From: an uncultured Gemmatimonadales bacterium
GTDB lineage: Bacteria > Gemmatimonadota > Gemmatimonadetes > Longimicrobiales > RSA9
Direction of reading: 5' to 3'
NCBI GenBank assembly: GCA_963741945.1
Contig: CAVUKA010000001.1
Location: forward strand, 736,001 to 800,000
DNA length: 64,000 bases
The notes beneath the pieces are model-generated. The model did not search any database and was not told the origin of the DNA. It saw only the letters and a list, made by a program, of their open reading frames with translations. Positions within the stretch are counted from its first letter, which is position 1; each line of letters starts with the position of its first letter. Position numbers and translations under genes: made by a program. Shown here in pieces: positions 52,743 to 63,037 of the stretch.

Positions 52743-53537
52743 TCACGGCAGCTTCAAGCCCACCCACTCGGCTGGGCCGGCAGTGGCGGGGGCGACGAGG
52801 AGGACCACGCGCCCACCCCGGAACGCCGGCCGAAGCCGATTCCCCAGCTGGACGACGCCGCGACGCACCGCTGCCCCCGTCGCAAGGACCCGGACCTCGT
52901 CGACGCCGCGGGCCCGGATCTCGGCCACCGTGTGGAGACCGCCGAACGGGTCCGGCCAGGGCCAGCCGCGACGATGGACGACGCGCCCATCGTCGCCAGT
53001 GAGGCGGAGCCCGGCGGCGGCGAGCGCACCGATGACGCCATCCTCGGTGCCGCCGAGCCCTTCCAGCTCGAGCCCGAGCTGTCGGGCCAGGCGGCGGGCT
53101 TCAGCCTGGGGGACCGGCTCGCGTTGGCAGCGGCGACCGAACGCGACGAGCGGACAGGGGACCGGCGGGGCGGGATCGGGCGGCGCAGCCAACAACTCCC
53201 GCGAACAGAGCTCGACGGGGGCCACCACCACCCCCGGATCGCTGCCCTCAGGCGCGAACTCCCGGATGGCGTTCCGGAGGAACTCCATGAGCACGGCCGG
53301 CAGTGGGGCCTCCAGCGTCCGACGGTGCTCCCCCGTCGCGGTCACGTCGATGGACGCTGCCCCGTTCTGGCTGGTGAAGGGGATGCGTGGATCCTTGAGC
53401 AGCTGGTGGCGGAGGACGATGTCGGCTTCGAACCCCGCCGGCAGAGTCTCGGCAATGCTGCGCGCCAGCTGGTTTGTCCCCGGCGCCCCGATGATGTCGG
53501 TGTCGTCGAGCCCGATGATCAGCTTCCGGCTAATCAA
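52743..53537 (-). CDS. TiaS (tRNA-Ile2 agmatinylcytidine synthetase) N-terminal-like protein
   Basis: IIGLDDTD...[35 protein letters not shown] start overlapping upstream stop. Confidence 0.7.
   Translation of the reverse strand: MISRKLIIGLDDTDIIGAPGTNQLARSIAETLPAGFEADIVLRHQLLKDPRIPFTSQNGAASIDVTATGEHRRTLEAPLPAVLMEFLRNAIREFAPEGSDPGVVVAPVELCSRELLAAPPDPAPPVPCPLVAFGRRCQREPVPQAEARRLARQLGLELEGLGGTEDGVIGALAAAGLRLTGDDGRVVHRRGWPWPDPFGGLHTVAEIRARGVDEVRVLATGAAVRRGVVQLGNRLRPAFRGGRVVLLVAPATAGPAEWVGLKLP
53189..53213 (-). repeat. 25-bp motif copy inside coding sequence
   Basis: CCAACAACTCCCGCGAACAGAGCTC, read as ELCSRELL. Confidence 0.85.
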
Positions 53538-54483
53538 TGGGTTTGAGCCCTGCGAGGATCGCCTCCCGTCGTGGCTCGAGGAAAGGCGGAAGCACGACCT
53601 TCTCGCCCAGCGTATCAGGGCTCTCGTCCACGGCGAAGCCGGGGCCGTCCGTCGCGATCTCGAAGAGGACGCCGTTGGGCTCACGAAAATACAGGCTGCG
53701 GAACCAGAAACGGTCCACGGGCCCGGAGTTGGGAACGCCCATCTCCCCCAACCGCCCGACCCACTGCTCGTACTCCTGCGTGTCCGGGGTGCGGAACGCC
53801 ACGTGGTGCACGCCGCCCGCGCCTTGCCGGGACGGGGGGAGGTCGGGCTGGACGGCCACGTGGAGCTCGCCCTGCGGGCCGTCGGCGCCCATCCGAAACA
53901 CGTGGACGCCGGCGGGTCCATGGATCTCGTCCGCGTAATCCCGCGCCAGCTCCATGCCGAGCACCTGCGTCAGCAGGACATTGGTGGGCTGGAGCGTTGG
54001 CGCGCTCATGACGATCGGCCCGAGCCCCCGGATCTGGTGCTCCGCGGGCACCGGGCAGCCGTCCCAGTACGCGGGCGCATCGCCGGCGCCGCCGTCGTCC
54101 ACCAGCGAGAGCCGCTGCCCTTCGGGGTCGTCGAAGTCCATGGTCGCGCGGCCGTCCCGCTCCACGATGTCGCCGTGGATCACACCGCTGCGGTCCAGGT
54201 GCTCGAGCCACCACTCGAGCGATTCGGCGCCGTCCACCCGCATGTGCGTTCGGACGAGGCTGCGCGTGCCGCGGCGCTCCCGGGGCACCGGCCAGTCGAA
54301 GAAGGTGATGTCCGTACCGGGATTCCCACGGCCGTCGGCGTAGAAGAGGTGGTAGGCGGACACGTCGTCCTGATTCACGCTCCGCTTCACCAGGCGGAGG
54401 CCGAGGACTCGCGTGTAGAAGCGATAGTTCTCCCGGACGTCTGCGGTGATGGCCGTGAGGTGGTGGACGCCGCGCAGCTCCAT
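53530..54483 (-). CDS. ring-cleaving dioxygenase (MhqO-like, VOC fold)
   Basis: [57 protein letters not shown]. Confidence 0.92.
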   Translation of the reverse strand: MELRGVHHLTAITADVRENYRFYTRVLGLRLVKRSVNQDDVSAYHLFYADGRGNPGTDITFFDWPVPRERRGTRSLVRTHMRVDGAESLEWWLEHLDRSGVIHGDIVERDGRATMDFDDPEGQRLSLVDDGGAGDAPAYWDGCPVPAEHQIRGLGPIVMSAPTLQPTNVLLTQVLGMELARDYADEIHGPAGVHVFRMGADGPQGELHVAVQPDLPPSRQGAGGVHHVAFRTPDTQEYEQWVGRLGEMGVPNSGPVDRFWFRSLYFREPNGVLFEIATDGPGFAVDESPDTLGEKVVLPPFLEPRREAILAGLKPID

Positions 54484-54499
54484 GGCGATGCTCTCCGTG

Positions 54500-55123
54500 T
54501 CAGGGGCTCGGGGGCGGACGCCTGCCGCCCGGGGGGTCGCGGAGCTGGAACCAGGCGAGCGCACTGATCCCGCCGGCAACCAGCCCGGCGGCAGCATAGG
54601 TCCAGACCGCCTGGGAAAGCCAGAGCGTGAAGGGGCGGGGGCCGGCCAGCCCGCCCACCCCGACCGCCTTGGTCACCGCCCGCACCAGGAACGCGAGCGT
54701 GTTGGCGGCCCCACCGCCGAGAAGGAAGGCCAGGTGGAGGCGGGCACCGTGTCGTCCGTACCGGAGGGCGAGGTCGAGCAGCGGTCCCGTGGCCAGCAGG
54801 CTCGTGAGGGCGCCCGGTCCGGGGAACGCAAAGCCCATGAGACCGAAGCCGGCGAGCCCGGCGGCGGCCCCCATCCCCATGGCCGTGCCCGCCGCCCGTC
54901 GCGGGACGAGGGCGAAGCCGAAGGCCATCGGGAAAACGGCGAAGACAATGTGGTGTCCGGGAATCCGGAGCCCGAGATCCACGAACATGGTCAACGCCGC
55001 CGCGATGATCCCGAGGCCCACGAGCGCGGTGAGCTCGACGGCCCGCACACGAGCGCCCCCCGCGAGCGTCGGGACGCGGGACTGTCCGCGCAACGCGTCA
55101 TCGACGGTCAAGACGTACGGCAT
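54500..55123 (-). CDS. integral membrane protein, ECF S-component-like
   Basis: About 6 TM segments, LRIPGH motif; family assignment tentative. Confidence 0.55.
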   Translation of the reverse strand: MPYVLTVDDALRGQSRVPTLAGGARVRAVELTALVGLGIIAAALTMFVDLGLRIPGHHIVFAVFPMAFGFALVPRRAAGTAMGMGAAAGLAGFGLMGFAFPGPGALTSLLATGPLLDLALRYGRHGARLHLAFLLGGGAANTLAFLVRAVTKAVGVGGLAGPRPFTLWLSQAVWTYAAAGLVAGGISALAWFQLRDPPGGRRPPPSP

Positions 55124-55136
55124 CGCTTCTCCGTTC

Positions 55137-57176
55137 TCACCAGCCCAGCCGCGCGCCGAGGAAGAGCGTGCGGGTCGCCTGGGGCGAGCCGTATTCCTCC
55201 TCGTACGCGACGTCGAACAGGTTGTCGGCGCCCGCGTAGACCTCCGCCCGCGTCCCGGGCAGGTTCTGCGCCAGCTGCACGCCGATGATGGTGTAGTCCG
55301 GCAACTTCCCCTTCTCGACCGGCTCCTGACGCGAATAGTAATACTGCCCGGCCACGTGCAGCCCTGTCGCGGTGGCCTTCAGTCCGAACGGGAACGTGTA
55401 GCGCGTCTCGAGCGTCGCCCGGTGGCTTGGACGGTACTGCAGCTCCTGCCGCTCCGCACCGGCCGACAGGTCCACCGCGTCCATGAACGTGTAGCCGCCG
55501 CGGACGACCAGCGCGTCCACCGGCCTTGCCTCCGCCGACAGCTCCACGCCCGTGAACCGGTAGCGCTGGAAGTTGGCGAACGGCTCGTCGCGGGACGGCC
55601 GCTCGATATAGTCGCGGACCGTCATGCGGAAGAGGGTCACGTCCACGGCCCCCGCCTCCATCTCGTGCCTCGCCCCCGCTTCCACCACCTCCGCGCGCTC
55701 CGTCGTCAGCGACGCGTTCCCCGCCTCCTCGTCGTAGAGCTGGCGGATGGTGGGGAACCGGAACTTCCGGGCGGCGGCGACGCGCAGCCGCGTGCGCCGG
55801 GAGGCATCGAAGCTGAGCGCGCCCATGTACCCGTCCGCGCCGGACATCCGCTTCTCGCCGGCGATGGTATCGGCCGCAGCGTCGCGCCGCATCCAGTGAT
55901 GCATGTACCCGGCGACGAGCCCCACCCTCGCAGTGGGGCGCAGCTGGTACTCCAGCGCCATGCCATAGCGGGCGAGCGCCCGCTCGTCGGTGTAGCCGCG
56001 CACATCCCAGGCCCGGTCCCGTCCCGAGCCGACCGCAACATCCCGCACGCGGAGGTCCACGCTCCACGCGTCTCGCTCGGCGGACAGCGCCAGAGCGAGT
56101 CGTCCGATAGCCCCGCTGGCCGTGACGGCCTGGACCCCCACTCCCGTCAGCCGCGTCCGCGACCGCGAGTCGTAGGTCCCGCGCGCGTTCACGTCCGACA
56201 TGGCGCTGTACGTGGAGTCGTCGTAGCGCGCCTCGTGCAGCGCCAGCCCATTAAGGTACGCCCACGAGCGCAGCCGCGGCCCGGCGGCCGCGCCCAGCGA
56301 CGCGGCGAGCTGGGCGAACCCGTCATCACGCCCTTCGACCCGCTCGAACGTGGGATTCCGGGCGAACGGGTCGGAGCGGTCCGTCACCACGCCTGGCGGG
56401 ATCCCGTACCCGCCGTGCCCGAGTCCGGCCGTGAGTCCCAGGTCCAGGTCGCTCCGCGGCGACGCCGTGACCAGCACCATTCCCGACACCCGCTCTCTGT
56501 CGCTGTTCGCCCGCTCCGCCGCGCTCCCCGCCGGCCCGACCGTCGGAGAGCCGACCACGGATGGGAAGCCGTCGACCGACGATGCGCTCCCCGAAACGAA
56601 CGCCGACACCGCGCCGCCCCCTCCGCCCGCACGCATGGAAGCCAGCCGGCCGCGCACGTCTCGCACTTCGCCCCTGGCTTCACCGGAGAAGCCACGGCCA
56701 CCGGAGCGCGTGATGATGTTGATCGTGCCCGCCAGACCCCCTTCGCCGTACAGCACGGACCCGGTGCCCGTGGTCACCTTGATGCGCGCGATCTCTTCCG
56801 CCGGAATGAACGCCGGGTCGAACTGGCCGTCGTAGGTCGAGTTCAGCGGAATCCCGTTCAGCAGTAACAGAACGTGCCTCGAGCGAAGCCCCCGCAGGTC
56901 CACCCGCGGCACACCCTGGCCGCCCGTGCGGATGTTCATCCCCGGCACCAGCACCAGCGCCTCGTCCAGCGTGCGGGCGCCGATCGCCTCAATCTCCTGA
57001 GCCGTGATGACGCGCACGGTGGCGGCCGCTTCCGAGACCGGCCGATCCACGCTGGCGACGATCTCCCCCATGTCGTACGCGGGCGGAGCCGGCTCCTGGG
57101 CGCTCACGCCGCCTTCCGCGGCGGTCAGCACGGCGAGAAGGGGGGCGACAGCGACAGCAGGCCAACGAGCTCTCAC
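55137..57176 (-). CDS. TonB-dependent receptor
   Basis: VITAQEIE..GARTLDEAL..VPG, LRG, LLLNGIP plug; NLFD..Y...RTLFLGARLGW C-terminus. Confidence 0.92.
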   Translation of the reverse strand: MRARWPAVAVAPLLAVLTAAEGGVSAQEPAPPAYDMGEIVASVDRPVSEAAATVRVITAQEIEAIGARTLDEALVLVPGMNIRTGGQGVPRVDLRGLRSRHVLLLLNGIPLNSTYDGQFDPAFIPAEEIARIKVTTGTGSVLYGEGGLAGTINIITRSGGRGFSGEARGEVRDVRGRLASMRAGGGGGAVSAFVSGSASSVDGFPSVVGSPTVGPAGSAAERANSDRERVSGMVLVTASPRSDLDLGLTAGLGHGGYGIPPGVVTDRSDPFARNPTFERVEGRDDGFAQLAASLGAAAGPRLRSWAYLNGLALHEARYDDSTYSAMSDVNARGTYDSRSRTRLTGVGVQAVTASGAIGRLALALSAERDAWSVDLRVRDVAVGSGRDRAWDVRGYTDERALARYGMALEYQLRPTARVGLVAGYMHHWMRRDAAADTIAGEKRMSGADGYMGALSFDASRRTRLRVAAARKFRFPTIRQLYDEEAGNASLTTERAEVVEAGARHEMEAGAVDVTLFRMTVRDYIERPSRDEPFANFQRYRFTGVELSAEARPVDALVVRGGYTFMDAVDLSAGAERQELQYRPSHRATLETRYTFPFGLKATATGLHVAGQYYYSRQEPVEKGKLPDYTIIGVQLAQNLPGTRAEVYAGADNLFDVAYEEEYGSPQATRTLFLGARLGW

Positions 57177-57339
57177 GGGCGGCGCTCCAGGGCGGCAGGA
57201 TCAGGACAGTCATGAAGAGCAGGCGAGCGCACGCCTGTCAATGCGCCTCGCCGTCCGCGGGACGCGCGCAAGACTGGCGCCTCGTCGCGGCGTCGGCTAG
57301 GCTCTCGCCAATGCCCAGTCGAACATCGGGGAGGTGGCC

Positions 57340-58023
57340 TTGAGCGCGGAACCAGCCGGCGAGAAGGCCCGGCGGGAGATGACGTTTCTGCTGGCCGGGC
57401 CGGAACGGCGGGTGCTCGTCGCCATGGCTCGCCGTCTCCCGCCGTGGCTCACTTCGGACCACCTCACGATCATCGGCGTGTTTGGCGCCGTCGGCGTCGC
57501 CGCCGGGTACGCCCTGTCCGGGCGCGGCCCCGGCTGGCTCTGGCTCGCCACGGGGATGCTGGTGGTCAACTGGTTCGGCGACAGTCTGGATGGCACCGTC
57601 GCCCGGGTCCGCCATTGCGAGCGCCCCAAGTACGGCTACTACATCGACCACGCCGTCGATGCGCTCACCACCGCCCTCATTGCCGGCGGCATCGGCTTCT
57701 CCCCGTTCGTCTCGCTCTGGGTCTCACTCCTGGTGGTGATCGTCTATCTGATGCTCTCCATCAACGTCTACCTGGAGTCCGCCGTCTACGGAGTGTTCAA
57801 CATCTCGTACGGCATCTTCGGACCCACGGAGGGACGCATCGTGCTGGCCGTCGTGAACACCGCGCTCTACTTCGCCGTGCTCAACGGCCTGTCGGCGACC
57901 GCGATCCAGCCCGTCGCCGACCCCGTGGTCAGCGCCGGCGTTGGCGTGATGTTCCTCATGCTCGTGGTTCGCTTCGCCCGCAACCTCCGTGTCCTCGGCG
58001 CCCGCGAGCCACTCGAGCGATAG
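57340..58023 (+). CDS. CDP-alcohol phosphatidyltransferase family protein
   Basis: GDSLDGTVAR...YGYYIDHAVD, GPTEGR; TTG start chosen by RBS. Confidence 0.9.
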   Translation: MSAEPAGEKARREMTFLLAGPERRVLVAMARRLPPWLTSDHLTIIGVFGAVGVAAGYALSGRGPGWLWLATGMLVVNWFGDSLDGTVARVRHCERPKYGYYIDHAVDALTTALIAGGIGFSPFVSLWVSLLVVIVYLMLSINVYLESAVYGVFNISYGIFGPTEGRIVLAVVNTALYFAVLNGLSATAIQPVADPVVSAGVGVMFLMLVVRFARNLRVLGAREPLER

Positions 58024-58132
58024 GCAGGCGCGCGAGGAGCCGAGCCCCGGCGGTCGCGGCCGGGACCGACCGTCGCGCTGCCGCGACCGGTGGCCGATAT
58101 TGAGCGGCACCACAGTCGAGCGGAGAGAGCAC

Positions 58133-59212
58133 ATGAGCGATGGGAGAATGGGGCAGGCGGGCGACGGCGAAGGCGCAGGGGGCGCCGCCAACAATTCCCG
58201 CGAACAGAACCCCAGTGATCTGGGCCGCCGCGCGTTTGTGCGGGCGGCTGCTGGCGCGGCGGCGACACTGACCGGCGCCGGCCTGCTGTCCGCGCCGCTA
58301 CTGGGCGCCAGCACCAGCCGCGGGCGCCGCGCCGCCGGCCACCGTCCCCCGGCGCTCGCGCCCGAGCCGTGGGGCAGTCTCGTCCCCGTCGCCGAAGACG
58401 CCTGGGCAGTGATCTCGACGCCGCTGGCGTCCGGCCCCGAAGCCCGGCGCACGGTGTGCAACGGCGGGCTGGTCGCCGGCAAGGACGCGGTGCTCGCGAT
58501 CGAGGGGTTCGCCTCGCCCGCCGGCGCCACGTGGCTCGCGGCGGAAGCTGAGCGGCTGGTCGGCCGTCCCCCCACGCATGTCGTGCTGACACATTACCAC
58601 GCCGATCATACGGGCGGCACCGTGGGCTACGTCCGCGACGGCGCGCCGCCCACGATGCTCGCGACCGAGACCACTCGCCGCCTGACGGCCCGGCACGAGG
58701 CCGAGCTGCGCGATGGCGCCAGGGCCGCTCCGCCGGTGCTGCTCCCCGACCACCTGATCCCGGATCAGGGCGATCCCGTCGAGCTCGACCTGGGCGGCCG
58801 GCACGTCCGGCTCGTGGGGCGCGCGGGGCACACGCCCAGCGATCTGGTGGTCGAGCTCGGCGACGCCCCCGTGATCTTCACGGGAGACCTGGTCTGGATC
58901 GGCATGTTCCCGAACTACGTGGACGCCATCCCCTCCCTGCTCTCCCGCAACGTGCGGGCGTTGCGCGCGCAGAACGCCGAGACCTACGTCTCCGGCCACG
59001 GGACGCTGGGCACGCCCGCAGATCTCGACCGCTACATCGCCCTGCTGGACCATGTCGAGACCGCAGCCCGCCGTGCCGTCGACGCCGGCCTCCCCGTAGA
59101 ACAGGCCGCGGCCGATTATACGATCCCGGCGTCGCTCGGGTCGTGGCACATGTTCTCCCCGCGCTACGCCGAGATGGCGTTCAGGGCCTGGGCCCGGGAG
59201 CTGGCGGACTAG
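58133..59212 (+). CDS. Tat-exported MBL-fold metallo-hydrolase
   Basis: GRRAFV twin-arginine, THYHADH, GHTPSD, TGDL, SGHG. Confidence 0.88.
   Translation: MSDGRMGQAGDGEGAGGAANNSREQNPSDLGRRAFVRAAAGAAATLTGAGLLSAPLLGASTSRGRRAAGHRPPALAPEPWGSLVPVAEDAWAVISTPLASGPEARRTVCNGGLVAGKDAVLAIEGFASPAGATWLAAEAERLVGRPPTHVVLTHYHADHTGGTVGYVRDGAPPTMLATETTRRLTARHEAELRDGARAAPPVLLPDHLIPDQGDPVELDLGGRHVRLVGRAGHTPSDLVVELGDAPVIFTGDLVWIGMFPNYVDAIPSLLSRNVRALRAQNAETYVSGHGTLGTPADLDRYIALLDHVETAARRAVDAGLPVEQAAADYTIPASLGSWHMFSPRYAEMAFRAWARELAD
58188..58212 (-). repeat. 25-bp motif copy within the 5' end of the MBL gene
   Basis: CCAACAATTCCCGCGAACAGAACCC followed by CAGTGA as at 47693. Confidence 0.85.
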
Positions 59213-59431
59213 GCGCGTAAGCCGCGCCCCGACCCATGCCGCCCGTCCTCACCCGCCCCGTCGCGGCGGCGCCGGCGAGGCTGGCCGCGTCCGGCGCGGT
59301 GGCCCGGCCGGCGGCACCGACTGCCGCGGCGGCCGCCCCTCGCAAGCCGGCTTCGCCCGTTCCGGTACCGCGCGCCCCGGCCGCCGCCGCTTCCCGCCTG
59401 GTCCTCTTCCCATTCCGCACCCCTCCCGCTG

Positions 59432-59746
59432 CTACCGCACCATGGTGAGCAGCATCTTGAACCGCTTCTCCGCCCTGACCGCGTGCGGACGATGTGCGGG
59501 CAGGATGATCCCCTCGCCCGCCGCCACCTCGAACCAGTCCTCGCCGATCCGGATGTTCGCCTCACCGTCGATCACGTGCAGCAACGCCGCGAACGGGGTG
59601 GTGTGCTCGCTGAGCTCCTCACCCTCCGCAAACGCGAACGCCGTTGTGTTGCCACCCTTCTCCGCCACCAGCTTCCGGCTCACCACCGAGCCCTCCTGGT
59701 AGGCGATGAGGTCGGCCATCGGCGTCGGCACTTCGAGTACTCCCAT
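59432..59746 (-). CDS. cupin domain protein
   Basis: YQEGSVVS, FAFAEGEELSEHT, PHAVRA..RFKMLL. Confidence 0.88.
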   Translation of the reverse strand: MGVLEVPTPMADLIAYQEGSVVSRKLVAEKGGNTTAFAFAEGEELSEHTTPFAALLHVIDGEANIRIGEDWFEVAAGEGIILPAHRPHAVRAEKRFKMLLTMVR

Positions 59747-59898
59747 CCTGTCCCTCCCATTGGATCTCCGTCGGCCGTGCTCCACGCACGCCCACGGCAG
59801 AATACGATGGGCAAATACCAATCCCGCCGCGAGCCTGCCGGTCGAACCGCGGATCGGCCCTGCACCCGATCCCCCCTTCCTGCTAGATTCCCGCCGCC

Positions 59899-61887
59899 AT
59901 GATCTCCGTATCGAACCTGTCCAAGTCCTTCGGCGCGCAGACGCTCTTCGAGGGGGCCAGCTTCCAGCTGAACCCCGGGGAGCGGTACGGGCTGGTGGGC
60001 GCCAACGGCTCCGGCAAGACCACGCTGCTGCGGATCCTCGCGGGCGACGAGGATCCGTCGTCGGGTTCCGTCGCCATCCCGTCACGCGCGAACCTCGGCG
60101 TCCTCCGACAGGACCAGTTCCTGTACGAGGACGAGGAGATCCTGGCCGTGGCCATGCGCGGCAACGCGGAGCTGTGGAGCGCCATCGTGGAGAAGGAGCG
60201 GCTGCTCGCCCGCGCGTCCGAGGACTTCGACGCGGGGCGGTACGGCCGGCTCGAGGAGACCATCGAGCGGCACGATGGCTACGCCGCCGAGGCCAGGGCA
60301 GCGGAGATCCTGGAGGGTCTCGGCATTCCAGCGGAAGTCCATCGTCGTCCGCTCTCCACGCTCTCGGGCGGTTTCAAGCTGCGCGTGCTCCTCGCCCAGG
60401 CGCTGGCGGGAAAGCCGGACGCGCTGCTGCTCGATGAGCCCACCAACCACCTGGACATCGTCTCGATCCGCTGGCTCGAGAAGTTCCTCCGCGATTTCTC
60501 CGGGCCCGCGCTGGTGATCTCCCACGACCACCGCTTCCTCGACAATGTGGTCAGCCAGATCCTGGACGTGGACTATCGTACGGTCACGCTCTATCGGGGC
60601 AATTACAGCGACTTCATCGAAGCGAAGCGGGACGAGCGGGAGCGGCGGGAGAAGGAGATCGAGTCGAGGGAGAAGGAGATCGCGCACCACCAGCTCTTCG
60701 CGGACCGGTTCCGCGCCAAGGCGAGCAAGGCCCGACAGGCCCAGAGCAAGCTGAGGCTCATCGAGAAGAAGGCCGGAGAGCTGGAGCCGCTCGCGCCCTC
60801 GTCGCGCCGTTACCCGACATTCCGTTTCCACCCTCGCCGCCCGCCCGGGCGCGAGGTCCTGGAGGCCACGGGGGTCGAGAAGTCGTATGGCGAGAACCGG
60901 GTGCTCCACGGTGTCGACCTCCAGGTCCGACGAGGCGACCGGCTGGCCATCATCGGGCCGAACGGCATCGGCAAGTCCACGCTCCTGAAGATCCTGGTGG
61001 GCGAGCTCGAGCCGGACGCGGGGGAAGTCGAGTGGGGCTATGCCACGCAGCCGGGCTATTTCGCGCAGGACCACCACGAGCAACTGGGCGAGGAAGCCAT
61101 CACGGCACAGCAGTGGATCGCGCACCACGCACCGGGGCTCACCACGAGCTATCTGCGCGGCGCCATGGGCATGGTCCTGTTCTCTGGCGACGAGGCGGAG
61201 AAGCGTCTGTCGGCGCTCTCCGGCGGCGAGGCCGCCCGCCTCGCCTTCTGCCGCCTGGCCCTCGCCCGCCCCAACGTCCTCGTCCTCGATGAGCCGACCA
61301 ATCACCTGGACATGGAATCCATCGAGGCGCTCGTGGACGGCCTGCGCGAGTTCGATGGCACCCTGATCCTCGTCTCTCACGACCGCTGGTTCGTGAGCCA
61401 GCTCGCCGACCGGATCGTCGAGATCTCCCGCGACGGCATCCGGGACTATCGCGGCACGTACGAGGAGTACGTCCACGCCCTCGGCGATGACCACCTGGAC
61501 GCCGATGCCGTCCTGGAGCAGGCGCGCTCGGGAAAGCGGAAGGAGAAGGCCGGGAAAGCCGCGGGCGAGAACGGCGCGCGGCAGTCGCCATCGGCCCGCA
61601 CGTCCAGAGACCGCCGGGGCGACGCCGCGAGCCCCCCGCCGCTGCCGCTGAACCCGTTCAAGCTGAAGCTGCGCCGCGACGAGATCACGGAGCGGATCCA
61701 CGCCGCGGAGACTCGCCTGGCCGAGATCGAGCGCGCGTTCACCGATCCCGGCCTGTACTCCGCGGATCGAGTCGATGAGGTGCGGGCGCTCGAGGAGGAG
61801 CGCGAGGCTGTCGGCTCCCGGGTGGAAGCGCTCATGGTGGAATGGGAGGACGTGGAGAAGCGGCTGGAAGAGTCCGATCAGCCGTAG
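59899..61887 (+). CDS. ABC-F family ATPase (YbiT-like)
   Basis: Two NBDs (GANGSGKTT, GPNGIGKST, LSGG, LDEPTNHLD), no TM. Confidence 0.93.
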   Translation: MISVSNLSKSFGAQTLFEGASFQLNPGERYGLVGANGSGKTTLLRILAGDEDPSSGSVAIPSRANLGVLRQDQFLYEDEEILAVAMRGNAELWSAIVEKERLLARASEDFDAGRYGRLEETIERHDGYAAEARAAEILEGLGIPAEVHRRPLSTLSGGFKLRVLLAQALAGKPDALLLDEPTNHLDIVSIRWLEKFLRDFSGPALVISHDHRFLDNVVSQILDVDYRTVTLYRGNYSDFIEAKRDERERREKEIESREKEIAHHQLFADRFRAKASKARQAQSKLRLIEKKAGELEPLAPSSRRYPTFRFHPRRPPGREVLEATGVEKSYGENRVLHGVDLQVRRGDRLAIIGPNGIGKSTLLKILVGELEPDAGEVEWGYATQPGYFAQDHHEQLGEEAITAQQWIAHHAPGLTTSYLRGAMGMVLFSGDEAEKRLSALSGGEAARLAFCRLALARPNVLVLDEPTNHLDMESIEALVDGLREFDGTLILVSHDRWFVSQLADRIVEISRDGIRDYRGTYEEYVHALGDDHLDADAVLEQARSGKRKEKAGKAAGENGARQSPSARTSRDRRGDAASPPPLPLNPFKLKLRRDEITERIHAAETRLAEIERAFTDPGLYSADRVDEVRALEEEREAVGSRVEALMVEWEDVEKRLEESDQP

Positions 61888-62171
61888 CCCGGTCCCGGCC
61901 GCCGCGTGAACGAAAGCGGGAGCAGCCGGGCCAGCCGGAGCGGCGGGCGGGATGGCCGCCGAAGGTCCGTGGGCTCGGGCCGGGGATCGCCGATCGGGTC
62001 CAGGAACCAGATGCCCGTCCCCGCCAGCGGATCGGCGGGCTCACGGTCGTCGAGCCAGACCACGCGCAGCGGCCGCCGGGGATCGGGGCGCAGCGCGCCC
62101 AGACCCGCCGCTTCCACCACGCCGGCCACCGCCGCCGCCAGCATCCCCCGCCAGATCTTCCGCTGCTTCAC
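61878..62171 (-). CDS. hypothetical protein
   Basis: GGAGG RBS before GTG; otherwise unsupported. Confidence 0.35.
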   Translation of the reverse strand: MKQRKIWRGMLAAAVAGVVEAAGLGALRPDPRRPLRVVWLDDREPADPLAGTGIWFLDPIGDPRPEPTDLRRPSRPPLRLARLLPLSFTRRPGPGYG

Positions 62172-62230
62172 GCTCGCCTCCGGTCCCGGACTTCGCCCGC
62201 CCCAAGGAAGCTAACGCCACCCGATCGGGA

Positions 62231-62857
62231 CTACAGCCGGGCAATGGCGACGAAGTGACAGACGCTCCCGCCGAGCACGAAGAGGTGCCAGATCACGTGC
62301 GCGTACCGAATCCCATCCAGGTGGTACAGGAGCGTACCGGCCGTGTAGATCACGCCCCCCGCCACCAGCCACGCCAGCGTCGCTGGCGCCAGCTGGTGGA
62401 TCAGCGGCAGCCCCACCAGCAGCCCCAGCCACGCCATTCCCAGGTACATCACCGTCGAGAAGCGCGGGAAGCGGTCCAGGAAGTTCAGCTTGAAGACGAT
62501 GCCCGCCGCAGCCATCCCCCACATCGCCACCAGCAGCGTCCAACCCCAGGGCCGCCGCAGCCGCAGCAGCAGGAAGGGCGTGTACGACCCCGCGATCAGC
62601 AGGTAGATGGCCGAGTGGTCCAGCACACGGAGCGCCTGCTTCAGACCGCGCGACCGCGCGGCATGATAGAGCGTGGACGCCGTGTAGAGCAGCACCAGCG
62701 TGGCCCCGTACACGGTGTACGCCAGCAGCCGCCACCCGTCTCCCCGGCTCACCGCCTCGCCCACCAGGTAGCCGGCGCCCACCGCCGCGATCAGCGCCCC
62801 CGCACCGTGCGTGACGCTGTGGAAGAGCTCCTCCCGCTCCGTGTAGAATCCGTCCAT
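62231..62857 (-). CDS. hemolysin III / PAQR family membrane protein
   Basis: EE...SVTHG, STLYH, LDHSAIYLLIAGSYTPF, HVIWHLFVL. Confidence 0.93.
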   Translation of the reverse strand: MDGFYTEREELFHSVTHGAGALIAAVGAGYLVGEAVSRGDGWRLLAYTVYGATLVLLYTASTLYHAARSRGLKQALRVLDHSAIYLLIAGSYTPFLLLRLRRPWGWTLLVAMWGMAAAGIVFKLNFLDRFPRFSTVMYLGMAWLGLLVGLPLIHQLAPATLAWLVAGGVIYTAGTLLYHLDGIRYAHVIWHLFVLGGSVCHFVAIARL

Positions 62858-63037
62858 TGCGCACCTCTCGGCACCACTCCTCTGCAACGGCGGGGCCAGT
62901 CCTGCCCCTTTGGCGTGGAGGGGCGGACAGGCCCGTCCTCGTCCGGGCCGCCACGGCCGAAACCAGGCGCACGCCCGCGCCGTACTGCTCCACGACGGCG
63001 GTGCAGCCGTCCCGTACCCCCGTGCCCGGAGCCGTTC

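Noticed and set aside
51863-53213. Composite transposon carrying the CBS gene
   Set aside because: The right-hand motif lies in-frame inside an intact gene and no target duplication is visible
57177-57335. Cobalamin riboswitch before the TonB receptor
   Set aside because: No B12-box or conserved core recognised in this short region; the TTGACA at 57236-57241 lacks a well-spaced -10
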